Source: Capsulimonadaceae bacterium
Lineage (GTDB): Bacteria; Armatimonadota; Armatimonadia; Armatimonadales; Capsulimonadaceae
Assembly (NCBI GenBank): GCA_965215505.1
Contig: OZ244065.1
Span: 1,568,001 to 1,632,000 of the forward strand
DNA length: 64,000 nucleotides
Reading direction: 5' to 3'
Part shown: piece by piece, positions 30,939 through 40,542 of the stretch
How the letters are laid out: the number at the start of each line of letters is the position of its first letter
How positions within the stretch are numbered: the stretch's first letter is position 1
Translations under genes and position numbers: made by a program
Notes under the pieces: model-generated
Told to the model about the DNA's origin: nothing
Databases searched by the model: none
Seen by the model: the letters and a program-made list of their open reading frames with translations, nothing else

Positions 30939-32123
30939 ATGAAGAAACGCTGGATCGCGTTAGCGTTCGTTGCTTTTGCGGTGGGTACAGGGCTGTATGC
31001 GGGCAGACGCCCGCCGGACCTTCCGCCACCGCTTACCATCCACAGCGGGGGCAGAGTGGCGGACCTGGCCCTATCGCCGGATGGACGGCTTCTGGCCGAC
31101 TCCGCCATCGTCTCGGGCCGGGTGATCCTCTACGACACGGCAACAGGGCAGCAGTCTTACGCCCTCCCCGTCCGCACGAGACTTCTGCTCTTCTCCCCGG
31201 ACGGCCGCCGCTTGCTGACCGAGAACACGTGCGCTGCGCCCACCAACCCGAACGGAAGCATACAGATTTGGGACACGGCGACGGGCGCGCAGCTCTCGCG
31301 GTTCGTCGCCCCGATGAGTAAGGCGAGTCAGGTCCGGGGCTGGGGGCCGGGCATCGCCGCGATTTCCCGCGACCTAAGCTGGACAGTCATGGACGATGGG
31401 GCAGGCGATACCGTCTACGACACGGCAACAGGGAACATCGTCAAGACTCTGCCCCTGCCGCCGGGGAGGTCCCAGGCCATGTTCTCGCCCGACCGGGGCC
31501 TGCTCGCGATCAGCAGCGGCACGGCGGAAAACCTCAAGGTCTGGGACACGAAGACGTGGCAGCCCGTCCGCGTACTGGGCGGTCCGATCTCCGGCGTCAC
31601 CGGCATCCACTTTTCGCCGGACGGGACGCGGCTGGTCGTGGGGAGTAAAGCCGGGCTGGCCTGGTTGGACACCCGCACTTGGAAGCCAGGGGGCAGGTTC
31701 GCCTTCCCGAATCCGTATGGCCTTACCGGCGACTACTTCCACTTCTCCTCCGATGGCCGCTCGCTGCTGGTGAGCGAGGTAGAGCCGGCTTCCGGGATGC
31801 ACCAGGTGGACTGCGGCACCAGCCATGAGACGCGCAGGGTGCCGAGACAGAAACTCCAGCACGTCAGCACGGTGGGAAACCGGGCCGAGGCCGAGGTCCT
31901 GCCGACGAGCTGGGGTTTCTTTTCTCTTGACAAGAGGAACACTTACTGCATCTGGGACACGACCAACGAAAAACCGCTCTACCAGATTGCAGTCCCGCTT
32001 ACCGCGAACTCGCCCCGGATGGGTGATTTCCAGCCTCGTTCCACCGACCTCTCCGCCGACGGCCATGTGTTCGCCGTCGGCGGGTTCGCTGACGGGATCA
32101 TCCGGGTCTGGCGTCTCCCCTAG
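30939..32123 (+). CDS. WD40 beta-propeller protein with N-terminal signal/anchor
   Basis: Repeated FSPDG..L and WDT.T motifs. Confidence 0.85.
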   Translation: MKKRWIALAFVAFAVGTGLYAGRRPPDLPPPLTIHSGGRVADLALSPDGRLLADSAIVSGRVILYDTATGQQSYALPVRTRLLLFSPDGRRLLTENTCAAPTNPNGSIQIWDTATGAQLSRFVAPMSKASQVRGWGPGIAAISRDLSWTVMDDGAGDTVYDTATGNIVKTLPLPPGRSQAMFSPDRGLLAISSGTAENLKVWDTKTWQPVRVLGGPISGVTGIHFSPDGTRLVVGSKAGLAWLDTRTWKPGGRFAFPNPYGLTGDYFHFSSDGRSLLVSEVEPASGMHQVDCGTSHETRRVPRQKLQHVSTVGNRAEAEVLPTSWGFFSLDKRNTYCIWDTTNEKPLYQIAVPLTANSPRMGDFQPRSTDLSADGHVFAVGGFADGIIRVWRLP

Positions 32124-32141
32124 CGGCAGAAGGCGATCCCC

Positions 32142-32741
32142 ATGGAAGAAGAGACAAAACCACTCAGGCGCAACACCAGCCCCGACTTCGTCGGCATCGC
32201 GCGGGTGAAGGCCGAGCAAAAACGGCAACTGGCTGATTTCGAGCGGTGGGCCGCACACGGACAGTGGAGGCAGATACACGGCGCGCACTACGACTGGTGG
32301 ATGTTCCCCATCCCCGCACCCAGCAGCGACGGCCTGAAGTGGACCGTTTATGCGGGCGACATCGCCGAACTCAAAGCGGATGAGGCGTACCAACGCGACT
32401 ACCTGCGGGGCGTCGAGCTGCTGATGGCCTCCTGGGGATGGGACCTGGGGGCGCAGGATTTTCTGCCCGATCCACACCCGGACCAGCGGTGGCAGGACTG
32501 GCCCGTCCGGCTGTACAAAGCCGCCGTTTCGTTGCAGGCGTTCGGCTTTGACGCCCACTTCGCCTCCGTCAAGAAATACGCGCTCCTCTTGATCGAGCGG
32601 GGCGTCGGCATGGAGTGGAACCGCCGAAACCTCGCTGTGTTCTTCACCGAGGGCAAGGACCCATACAAGCAGACTAGAGGAGCGATCTCGACGGCCTGGG
32701 CTGCCGGGCCGGGATGGGTTGGAAGTGACTTAATGCACTGA
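32142..32741 (+). CDS. hypothetical protein
   Basis: Clean ORF with HYDWWMFP motif; family not certain. Confidence 0.65.
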   Translation: MEEETKPLRRNTSPDFVGIARVKAEQKRQLADFERWAAHGQWRQIHGAHYDWWMFPIPAPSSDGLKWTVYAGDIAELKADEAYQRDYLRGVELLMASWGWDLGAQDFLPDPHPDQRWQDWPVRLYKAAVSLQAFGFDAHFASVKKYALLLIERGVGMEWNRRNLAVFFTEGKDPYKQTRGAISTAWAAGPGWVGSDLMH

Positions 32742-32776
32742 CGTTACGCATGGCCCGCTAGAGTGCCCCTGCCAGT

Positions 32777-33062
32777 CAGGACGAGGATGAGAATCAGGAC
32801 GAGTGATTGAAATCACTCGCTCCGTTCGGATTTGTCCAAGGGACAAGGGAGCAGGTTTCCAGGGACTGGTCGCTGAAGGCGGGGGCTTCGGAGGGCGGGG
32901 GCTTTGGCCGGTCTTCTGTCCCCTGGACAGGTCCGGCGGCAGCGAGTGATTTCAATCACTCGTCCTGATTCTCATCCTCGTCCTGGCTCTCGTCCTCGTC
33001 CTGGCTCTCGTCCTCGTCCTGGCTCTCGTCCTCGTCCTGGCTCTCGTCCTCGTCCTGGCTCG
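32777..33062. repeat. REPIN/MITE-like element: 45-bp perfect inverted repeat plus 18-bp tandem array
   Basis: 32777-32821 is the reverse complement of 32941-32985; CCTGGCTCTCGTCCTCGT repeated from 32982. Confidence 0.85.
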
Positions 33063-33120
33063 TGGCAGCCGGTGCGTAACATCAGTTAATGCAGTGATTT
33101 AGCGCCATTTGGAGGGTGCC

Positions 33121-34353
33121 ATGATGAAACGCCTGACGGTCCTGCTGCTTCTGCCGAGTTTGCTGCTGCTTCCGGGTCCTGCCCGCGCCTGCCTCAATGA
33201 CCGGGACACGCTGGCCGAGGAGGTCAAAGGGCTGCCCGATGTCGTTCAGGTCGTCACGGGCCGTTTCGAGCGCGATCCGCCGCTGTATTATCAGATGCGC
33301 GTGGCCCGTGTCACCGCCGAACTCAAATCCGCTCCCGGCCTGCTCCCCGAGTATGACGACGCCGGTGTCGCGTGCGACCGCCTGGGGCTTGATGACGAGG
33401 CGATTGCGTGGATGGACAAGAAGCGGGCGCGGCTGGTGGGATCGAACGCGGCTGACCCGGCAGTTAAGGAACAGTGGTATCGCTACAACGCCAACGTCGG
33501 CACCTTCTGGGTGCATCGCTGGATACGCGCGGGGGCGGACCGCAAGCGCATCGAGGAAGTACGGAAGGCGCGGGGTTACATCGCCGAGGCCATCAAGATC
33601 AAACCGGACGCGCATTTCGGGCGCGAGAAGTATCAGCTCCGGGTGATGGACTGGATCATCAAGGGTCGGCCTTACGTCTCCGTAGCGGCGCGGGACAAGG
33701 CGGAGATGAGTGGGCGAGAAACTGCCGACCCCGCCCTTGCCTCCGCCCTCGGCACGGAGCCGGTCGAAACGTCCGGCGAGACGAAGGCGCTCTGCGGCTT
33801 GATCACGCTCGGCAATACCTGGGAGAGCGTGGACGTTTTCCAGGCCCTCGGCTCCTCCCTCCCCTACGAGGGCGGCAGCAAGCTTTATCCGCTGGTCAAG
33901 ATGCGTTGCGACGAGCTGATCGACTCGGGCCACCGCTCGCTCATCCCCGGCTCGCCGTCCGGCGGCCCCCTCAAAGACCTGATCACCGTCGGCGAGACGG
34001 GGATGCCCCCGACAGACGATGACCGGCGGCTCTACCACCGACTGCGAGCGGACGCGGACGACTGGCAGAAGAAGCGGACCGATTACATGACGGCGCGGCT
34101 GACGGCGGGCCGCCACCCGGACACCGACCCCACCTTCTGGAACGAGTACCGCGACGCCGGCCCGCCGACGGTCGCCGACTCCTGGCAGCACCGGTATTAC
34201 CGGAGACATGCAGTGCGAGGCGAGTCCGAAAACGGCTTCTTCTTTAACCTGATCTTCGAGGCTACCTTCTGCGGCTCCATCCTGCTCCTCGGCGGCCTCA
34301 TCACCTGGCGGGTGCGCGTGCATCGCAAGCGGCGGCCGGCAAAGAGCGTCTGA
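33121..34353 (+). CDS. exported protein with C-terminal membrane anchor
   Basis: GGAGG RBS, signal peptide ARA|CLNDRDT, C-terminal TM followed by basic tail. Confidence 0.75.
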   Translation: MMKRLTVLLLLPSLLLLPGPARACLNDRDTLAEEVKGLPDVVQVVTGRFERDPPLYYQMRVARVTAELKSAPGLLPEYDDAGVACDRLGLDDEAIAWMDKKRARLVGSNAADPAVKEQWYRYNANVGTFWVHRWIRAGADRKRIEEVRKARGYIAEAIKIKPDAHFGREKYQLRVMDWIIKGRPYVSVAARDKAEMSGRETADPALASALGTEPVETSGETKALCGLITLGNTWESVDVFQALGSSLPYEGGSKLYPLVKMRCDELIDSGHRSLIPGSPSGGPLKDLITVGETGMPPTDDDRRLYHRLRADADDWQKKRTDYMTARLTAGRHPDTDPTFWNEYRDAGPPTVADSWQHRYYRRHAVRGESENGFFFNLIFEATFCGSILLLGGLITWRVRVHRKRRPAKSV

Positions 34354-34379
34354 TGTCCGCGCGGGCCAGACAATGGCCG

Positions 34380-35291
34380 TCAGCCCGGCAGGCGCTTGAC
34401 GCAGGCGACTTCCGGGACGCCGAAGACGAAGCCGAGTTTGCGGTTGACGGCCAGCATGGCGGCGTTGTCCTCGTGGTTCTCGGTTTCCATGCGCGCGAGG
34501 CCCCGCCGCTTGGCTTCCGCGAGGCAGCGCACCTTCAAGGCCGTCGCGATGCCGCGCCCCCGCCAGTCCGGGTGTACGCCGGTGAAGTACCATTCCAGCC
34601 CGGTGACGACGCCGACCATGGCATCACCCGGCCCGGCGACGGCCACAAAGACCGTCTCCGGGTCCCACCCCTCAAACTCCCCCTCCCACGTCTCGAACGG
34701 CGCGGGGAAATACGGCCCGACCTCACGGAACGGCTGGGACGCCCGCGCGGCCTGTTCCAGCGCATGGAGGGCGAGCCGGTTCCGGGGGCTGTCCCCTAGC
34801 TCCGCGTAGGTCAGCAGCCGCACCCCTTGCGCCTCGGCGCGGCGCAAGGCCTCGGCAAACCGGGCGAGGTCAAACGCCGCAAGGTCGAGCGAGGAGGGCA
34901 GGAACCGTTCCAGCGGCTCGAAGCCGCGCGCCCGGAGGAACGGCCCCGCCGGGGCGTCGGGCGTTTCCAGATAGCTCGCATAAAGCAGGCGAGCCTGGCG
35001 CTCAGACGCGAACTGCTCCATGCACCCATACAGCGCGCCGCCGATGCCCCGGCGGCGGTGGGCCGGGGCGACGGCCAGCGTGAAGTGGCACTGCCCGGCC
35101 CGGCGCGACGGCGCGGGCAGGCTCCGGTCGGTCGCCTGCAAGTGCCCGACCACCGCGCCGCCGTCCGTCACCGCCAGATGCAGGGACGTTCCCGGCCCGT
35201 TGCCGTGCCACCAGTCAATGACGGGCATCCCCAGCCCGCTCAGTGCGGCGCAGTCCTCGTGCTGGAATGGGCGTACAAGGGGTGAGGACAT
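34380..35291 (-). CDS. tandem GNAT acetyltransferase
   Basis: V.P.HRRRGIG and TGVHPDWRGRGIA; N..ML.VN.KLGF. Confidence 0.88.
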   Translation of the reverse strand: MSSPLVRPFQHEDCAALSGLGMPVIDWWHGNGPGTSLHLAVTDGGAVVGHLQATDRSLPAPSRRAGQCHFTLAVAPAHRRRGIGGALYGCMEQFASERQARLLYASYLETPDAPAGPFLRARGFEPLERFLPSSLDLAAFDLARFAEALRRAEAQGVRLLTYAELGDSPRNRLALHALEQAARASQPFREVGPYFPAPFETWEGEFEGWDPETVFVAVAGPGDAMVGVVTGLEWYFTGVHPDWRGRGIATALKVRCLAEAKRRGLARMETENHEDNAAMLAVNRKLGFVFGVPEVACVKRLPG

Positions 35292-35359
35292 GCTGAACTT
35301 TTCCCCGACGCCTGCGTCAGACGATTGATTGTCCCGATTAACCCTTTAAGGACACCCTG

Positions 35360-36979
35360 ATGATTGACCAATACACCAAAGACACTGCCCACCTGCTGCG
35401 ACGCGCGACCTTCGGCGTGGACGCGGCGGCCATCCGCGCCGCCTCCCAGGCCGGCCTGGCCGCCACCACCGACGCCCTGCTCCACCCGGAGCGGACGCCG
35501 GACACGCTGGACGACGACGGGCTGCTGAACCGGCTCGCCTCCCTGCTGCCGCTCCCCAAGAACGCGGGCATCCCGACCCAGGCCGTCCGGATGTGGTGGG
35601 CGCACCGCATGGTCGCCACGCGCAACCCGCTCGTCGAGAAGATGACCCTGTTCTGGCACGGGCATTTTACCTCCAACGACGGCGGGGCGCAAGGCGAGTT
35701 CCTGTACAAGCAGAACCAGATGCTCCGCCGGAACGCCCTGGGCAGCTTCCGGACGCTCACCCTCGCCGTCGCCCGTGACCCCGAGATGATGCGCTACCTC
35801 AACGGCAACCAGAACTACAAGGCGCATCCCAACGAGAACTTCGCCCGTGAGCTGATGGAGCTGTTCACCTGTGGCATCGGCCACTACACCGAGGACGACG
35901 TCAAGGCCGCCGCCCGCGCCTTCTCGGGCTGGAACCTGCGCGCCGGGGAGTTCGCCTTCAACGTCAACCAGCACGACAACGACCCCAAAACATTCATGGG
36001 AAAGACCGGCAACTGGAACGGGGATGACATCGTGGACATCCTCGTCGCCCACCCCGCCACCGCCAACCGGCTCTGCACCCAGCTCTGGGCCTACTTCGCC
36101 TACCCGGACCCGGAGCCGGAAGTATTGGCCGCCCTGGTCAAAACCTACTACGCCAGCGGCTACGACATCCGCGCCATCCTGGACCAGCTCTTCCGGTCGC
36201 GCGCCTTCTACTCGGACCGCGCACGCTTCGCGGTCATCAAGTCGCCCGCACAGTACGTCATCGGCACGGTCAAGATGCTGGGGCTGGACAAGGCCGTCGA
36301 GCTGGCCCTGCCCGACATCACGCCCGCAAACGATATGGCCGCCACGCGCGCCGCACAGGCCGCGCCAACCGGGTCCGGCCAGCCCGCGCCGCTGCTCACG
36401 ACGCCCGCCGCCACCCCGCAGCTCGCGGCGGGCCGGCGGATCGCCATCCTGGCCGGTCTGCCGACCGCCATGCGCTCCATGGGGCAGAACCTGTTCGCCC
36501 CGCCGAGCGTCAAGGGCTGGGACGGCGGCACGGCCTGGATCAATACCTCCACGCTGATGTCCCGCGTCTCGTTCGCCAACACCATCTCGTTCTCGCGCGT
36601 CCTGTTCGGCGGCCAGACCGCCCGGCTGACCGACTACGTCCAGCAAAACAACCTGACTCCCGAAGGCTGGGTGGACTTCCTGGCCGACGCCCTCGGCCCG
36701 CTCCCCCTGTCGCCCGCCACGCGGCAGACGATGATCGAGTACGTCCAGGGCACCGACGCCCCCGCCCCGGCTGCTCGGAACGTGGACTTTGTGCCCGGCC
36801 AGTTCGTCGCGCCGCCCCCGGCCGCCGCCCCCGGCGTCCCCGGCCCCTACCGGCGCGGGATGCGGGCCAATGGCCGCGGCTACAACCGGCTCCAGGGCAT
36901 GGCCTACCCCGGACTCGAAGGACGCCTGCGCGGCGTCATCCCGCTCCTCATGGCGACGCCCGAATTCCAGGTCTGCTGA
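35360..36979 (+). CDS. DUF1800 family protein
   Basis: HLLRRATFG, EKMTLFWHGHF, PNENFARELMELFT.G, PPSVKGW. Confidence 0.92.
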   Translation: MIDQYTKDTAHLLRRATFGVDAAAIRAASQAGLAATTDALLHPERTPDTLDDDGLLNRLASLLPLPKNAGIPTQAVRMWWAHRMVATRNPLVEKMTLFWHGHFTSNDGGAQGEFLYKQNQMLRRNALGSFRTLTLAVARDPEMMRYLNGNQNYKAHPNENFARELMELFTCGIGHYTEDDVKAAARAFSGWNLRAGEFAFNVNQHDNDPKTFMGKTGNWNGDDIVDILVAHPATANRLCTQLWAYFAYPDPEPEVLAALVKTYYASGYDIRAILDQLFRSRAFYSDRARFAVIKSPAQYVIGTVKMLGLDKAVELALPDITPANDMAATRAAQAAPTGSGQPAPLLTTPAATPQLAAGRRIAILAGLPTAMRSMGQNLFAPPSVKGWDGGTAWINTSTLMSRVSFANTISFSRVLFGGQTARLTDYVQQNNLTPEGWVDFLADALGPLPLSPATRQTMIEYVQGTDAPAPAARNVDFVPGQFVAPPPAAAPGVPGPYRRGMRANGRGYNRLQGMAYPGLEGRLRGVIPLLMATPEFQVC

Positions 36980-37027
36980 GTCCTCAGCCCTGCCGCACTG
37001 TCTCCCGTTTTCCGAAAGGCAAAGAAC

Positions 37028-38266
37028 ATGAACGTCACACGCAGAGATTTCCTGAAGAAGAGCGCGACCACCGTCGCCGTCGGGCTGGCCGTCCCGCCCT
37101 GGCTCGCCAAAATGGTCTGGGCCGACTCGGTCACCGACAATGCCCTGGGTGCCGGCGGCAATACCGCCAAGCGCTCCCTCGTCGTCATCCAGCTCACCGG
37201 CGGCAATGACGGCCTGAACACCGTCGTGCCCTATGCCGATGCCGCCTACCACAAGGCCCGGCCCGTCCTCGCCCATGCCGACGGCAAGGTGCTGCACCTC
37301 AACGACCACGTCGGCCTCAGCCCCGTCATGACCGGCATGAAGGCCCTCTACGACCAGGGCCGACTCGCCATCATCCAGGGCGTCGGCTACCCGAACCCCA
37401 ACCATAGCCACTTCCGCTCCATGGAGATCTGGCAGACCGCCGAACCCGAGAAGATTGCCCAGGAAGGCTGGGTCGGACGCTACCTCGACGCCATCCGGTC
37501 GGGCCGCACCTCGCCTCTCACCGGCATCAACATCGGCAACGAGGCCAGCGAAGCCTTCACCAGCGCCCACGCCGCCGTGCCCAGCATCCAGGGCCTGGCG
37601 AACTTCGGCTTCGTCTTCCCGCACAACGCCGACGGCGACGCCCACACCGCCGCCTTGAAGAAGGTCCAGATGGGCGACTCCAATACCCCGTATGGCCGCT
37701 TCTTCCAGGAGACCGCCCAGGAGACCTACGACAGCGCCGACCAGATCTCGGCGGGCATCAAGAAGTACCATTCCACCGTCCAGTACCCCGCCACCCCCTT
37801 CGGGCGCGGGATGCAGGAGATCGCCCAGCTCATCGCGGCGGGGCTGGGGACGCGCGTCTTCTACATCTCGACCGGCAGCTTCGACACCCACGCCCAGCAG
37901 ATCCGCCGCCACGACACGCTCTGGAAGGACGTTTCGGACACGCTGGCTGCCTTCCAGTCCGACCTGGAGCAGATGAACGCGGGCGACGACGTCCTCACCC
38001 TCGCCTTCTCCGAGTTCGGCCGCCGCGTCCACGAGAACGCGAACGGCGGCACCGATCACGGCACCGCCTCGGAGATGTTCCTGCTCGGCAAGCCCGTCAA
38101 GGGCGGCCTCTACGGCTCCTACCCCAGCCTGAGCGACCTCGACGCCGGTGACCTGAAGTACACCACCGACTTCCGCTCCGTCTACGCCACCGTGCTCGAC
38201 CGCTGGCTCGGCACCAACAGCGAGATCGTCCTGGGCAAACGCTACGAAGACCTGAAGTTCATCTAG
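37028..38266 (+). CDS. DUF1501 family protein with Tat signal
   Basis: TRRDFLK, GGNDGLN, SHFRS, FDTH, SEFGRR, GTDHG. Confidence 0.92.
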   Translation: MNVTRRDFLKKSATTVAVGLAVPPWLAKMVWADSVTDNALGAGGNTAKRSLVVIQLTGGNDGLNTVVPYADAAYHKARPVLAHADGKVLHLNDHVGLSPVMTGMKALYDQGRLAIIQGVGYPNPNHSHFRSMEIWQTAEPEKIAQEGWVGRYLDAIRSGRTSPLTGINIGNEASEAFTSAHAAVPSIQGLANFGFVFPHNADGDAHTAALKKVQMGDSNTPYGRFFQETAQETYDSADQISAGIKKYHSTVQYPATPFGRGMQEIAQLIAAGLGTRVFYISTGSFDTHAQQIRRHDTLWKDVSDTLAAFQSDLEQMNAGDDVLTLAFSEFGRRVHENANGGTDHGTASEMFLLGKPVKGGLYGSYPSLSDLDAGDLKYTTDFRSVYATVLDRWLGTNSEIVLGKRYEDLKFI

Positions 38267-38286
38267 CCTCTCGGACGGCACACGCC

Positions 38287-38326
38287 GAACGCCCGCCGCG
38301 AATGCGGCGGGCGTTCTTGTTGTCAA
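38287..38326 (+). terminator. terminator hairpin, repeated at 41827-41865
   Basis: GAACGCCCG.CGC...TGCGGCGGGCGTTCT..TGTCAA at both ends of the low-GC island. Confidence 0.75.
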
Positions 38327-38627
38327 CGATGGTTTGCTATACTATAGCCGCTCACGTTCGCCCGCACATGGAAACCGTTCCGGGCTTCTTCCGTGGCTTT
38401 TGTGTTTTCGCGGTTTCTTTGGTATAATGTCTCCGAAGGCAGCAAGCGGCTAATCATAGCGCAGACATTCATCACTACAGCAGTACTGTTGCTAGAAACT
38501 TCTGTTGCTAAGATGCGGCAATAGCCGCTGTTATCTCGTAGTACATCGTAGTCACGCGCGGTACAGTAACAAGTTGGGCCGCTCGGCGGAAGCGTTGGCA
38601 GCGTCAGGTGTCATAAGAAAAACAAAA

Positions 38628-39227
38628 ATGTTGAACCCTGTTTGTATCCAATGCAAGAAGCCACTAACTCCAGGAAGCAACTTTTGTCCTCATTGTGGCT
38701 TGGCTTTTAATCAGCCTGTGCCGATTGTTGATGAAAAAAACGGGATCAGGAAAAAGTGGCATCCAAGAATCAAAGTGTTTGTCACGCTTGCCTCTGTGTT
38801 CCTAATTCTTTTTCTTTTCTTGCTACCCTATGGTCTAAACGCCAAAAATAAAGCGGATAAGTTGGCCGCGATTATGAATCCGATAGTTGAGCAAATTAAC
38901 TCCAACAAAATGCAAGGCGAGATCGCCGACGGCCAACGTATTGATGCTGATTCTGTTGAATGGCCTTATCATGGTCATGTGACTGAAATAAGAGTTGTAT
39001 TAGAGCCACTTTGGGATAAGCCCGTTGAATATGGGGGCGAGTCTAAGGAATGGCTTGAAAGGCGATGGTCAGGCTGCTTCGTATCTTGGTGTCTTCAAGC
39101 TGGCTATTCTGATGCTGAGGCTAATACGGTCACTATCCACTTTGAGGATAAAGCAGGAAACAATCTTGGAGACATTAGCCCCGTAGATTTTATGAGAAGG
39201 GATGGCATTGCTGGGCCTGGAAGTTAA
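38628..39227 (+). CDS. zinc-ribbon single-TM protein (cassette 1)
   Basis: CIQC...FCPHCG followed by one TM helix. Confidence 0.75.
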   Translation: MLNPVCIQCKKPLTPGSNFCPHCGLAFNQPVPIVDEKNGIRKKWHPRIKVFVTLASVFLILFLFLLPYGLNAKNKADKLAAIMNPIVEQINSNKMQGEIADGQRIDADSVEWPYHGHVTEIRVVLEPLWDKPVEYGGESKEWLERRWSGCFVSWCLQAGYSDAEANTVTIHFEDKAGNNLGDISPVDFMRRDGIAGPGS

Positions 39228-39289
39228 CCTCACGCTCTCCACTGATGTGGAACATCGTCGGTAAGTGGTCGTTCAGAAAGAGGTGCTTT

Positions 39290-39715
39290 ATGATTGATGA
39301 AACTGAAAAAGAATTATTGGTAGCCGCGTATGAGGGGAAAAGTAGTAGCTACCAAGTAGTCTACTCTGTAGGGTTTGATAGCCCTGCCGTTGAGAAGAGG
39401 TATTCTGAAGCGATCAACGACTTACAAGCAAAAGATTTGATGGACGTGCAGCATGTCTATTCATCTAACACCACGGCTCGGCCTCAGCAAAGTATTTGTT
39501 GCTTAACTCGTCAAGGGGTGAGTTATGTCGAAGAGAACAATCTTGTAGCTGATAGTGTCGCCTCAGAACACCAGAAAGCTAGACTGTTGATACAAGAAAT
39601 GGAAGATGCGGAAAAGGTAGGAGACACCAGCCGAAAAACCAACTTGAATACATCGTTTCAGCAACTTAGTCCTGCAATCCAAGCAGATGCAAAACAATAT
39701 CAACATCTAAAATAA
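39290..39715 (+). CDS. hypothetical protein, possible winged-helix (cassette 1)
   Basis: GAGG RBS; AINDLQAKDLM...LTRQGVSYVE pattern. Confidence 0.6.
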   Translation: MIDETEKELLVAAYEGKSSSYQVVYSVGFDSPAVEKRYSEAINDLQAKDLMDVQHVYSSNTTARPQQSICCLTRQGVSYVEENNLVADSVASEHQKARLLIQEMEDAEKVGDTSRKTNLNTSFQQLSPAIQADAKQYQHLK

Positions 39716-39744
39716 AGACAGCAACGAACGGCTTTGCGCGAGCG

Positions 39745-39839
39745 GCCCAACAATGCGCTGCACCTGATGCCGCCGCCAGTGCCTATTCTATATCGGCTGC
39801 TTGTGCAGGCGGTGCCGCAGGTGAGCGTTGCCATTAGGC
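39745..39839 (+). other. attC site
   Basis: R'' GCCCAAC, L'' GCTGCACCTG pairing with L' CAGGTGAGC leaving one extrahelical G, R' ATTAGGC. Confidence 0.8.
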
Positions 39840-39903
39840 CGCTGGGTCGGCGCATTCCTATCTAATCCACCATTTAGAGCAACTTCGTATAAGGAGGCTA
39901 AAT

Positions 39904-40362
39904 TTGCAAAAAGATTTTATAGTCAAACTGTTGACAAGTTTCGGCAACGGGCTTGAGAAGATTACAGTGAAACAGGGCACATCTCTCCGACAAGTGTTGG
40001 AAACGTTTGAATTAGTGACATTTGAAGAGTATTTGATGAAGGTTAGTGGTGAAGTAGTAGATCAAGACTACTTGCTACAGCCAGACGATTATGTTGTTAT
40101 AACCCCCCGTAAGGTTGAGGGTGCAGCTCCAACCTGCGAACTTCGCAAACTGAAGAAATACTTGAAAGACTTAGGATGGGTTCAAGAAGCTGGAACAGTT
40201 GGCGACCATGAAAACTGGCGAAGCCCAGAGGGCTTACTGTTGCAATTAAATCCTGCTAAACTGGATAGCAAGGTTGCTGATTTAGCATCCCATAAAAAGT
40301 GTGCGACGATTTTAGGCATAAACTTCCAAACTTTATACGAAACTGTAGCAAGTCACAGGTAA
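39904..40362 (+). CDS. ubiquitin-like (beta-grasp) domain fused to a HicA-like domain (cassette 2)
   Basis: AAGGAGG RBS, TTG start; N-half ends YLLQPDDYVVITPRKVEGA; C-half LKKYLKDLGW....GDHENWRSPEG. Confidence 0.6.
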   Translation: MQKDFIVKLLTSFGNGLEKITVKQGTSLRQVLETFELVTFEEYLMKVSGEVVDQDYLLQPDDYVVITPRKVEGAAPTCELRKLKKYLKDLGWVQEAGTVGDHENWRSPEGLLLQLNPAKLDSKVADLASHKKCATILGINFQTLYETVASHR

Positions 40363-40385
40363 AGCCGAAGCCTTTTCAGCCAGTA

Positions 40386-40482
40386 GCCCAGTAATGTGCT
40401 GCACCTGACGCCGCCGATGCCTTGTGCTTTGCGAGGCCAGGTGCTTTGCGTGCGGTATCGCCGGTGAGTGCCGCCGTCGGGC
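40386..40482 (+). other. degenerate attC site
   Basis: GCCCAGT-AATGTGCTGCACCTGACGCCGCC...CCGGTGAGT...GTCGGGC, homologous to the 39745 site. Confidence 0.7.
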
Positions 40483-40542
40483 TGCTTGCATGCACAGATT
40501 GTTGCTCGTGTAATTCTCACCCTCTCTACAGTCTGGGTCAAA

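Noticed and set aside
35240-38326. 1028-aa minus-strand ORF
   Set aside because: Antisense shadow of DUF1800/DUF1501, typical of high-GC DNA; the same applies to 33082-34593, 18314-19774, 50666-52300 and 59084-60532.
38330-38572. Integron integrase or definable attI
   Set aside because: No tyrosine recombinase ORF; a short CTGTTGCTA direct repeat is too weak to call attI.
39222-39278. Extra short attC between the first two cassette ORFs
   Set aside because: It has AAC...GTT ends but poor arm pairing, and the 38573/39740 complementarity places both ORFs in one cassette.
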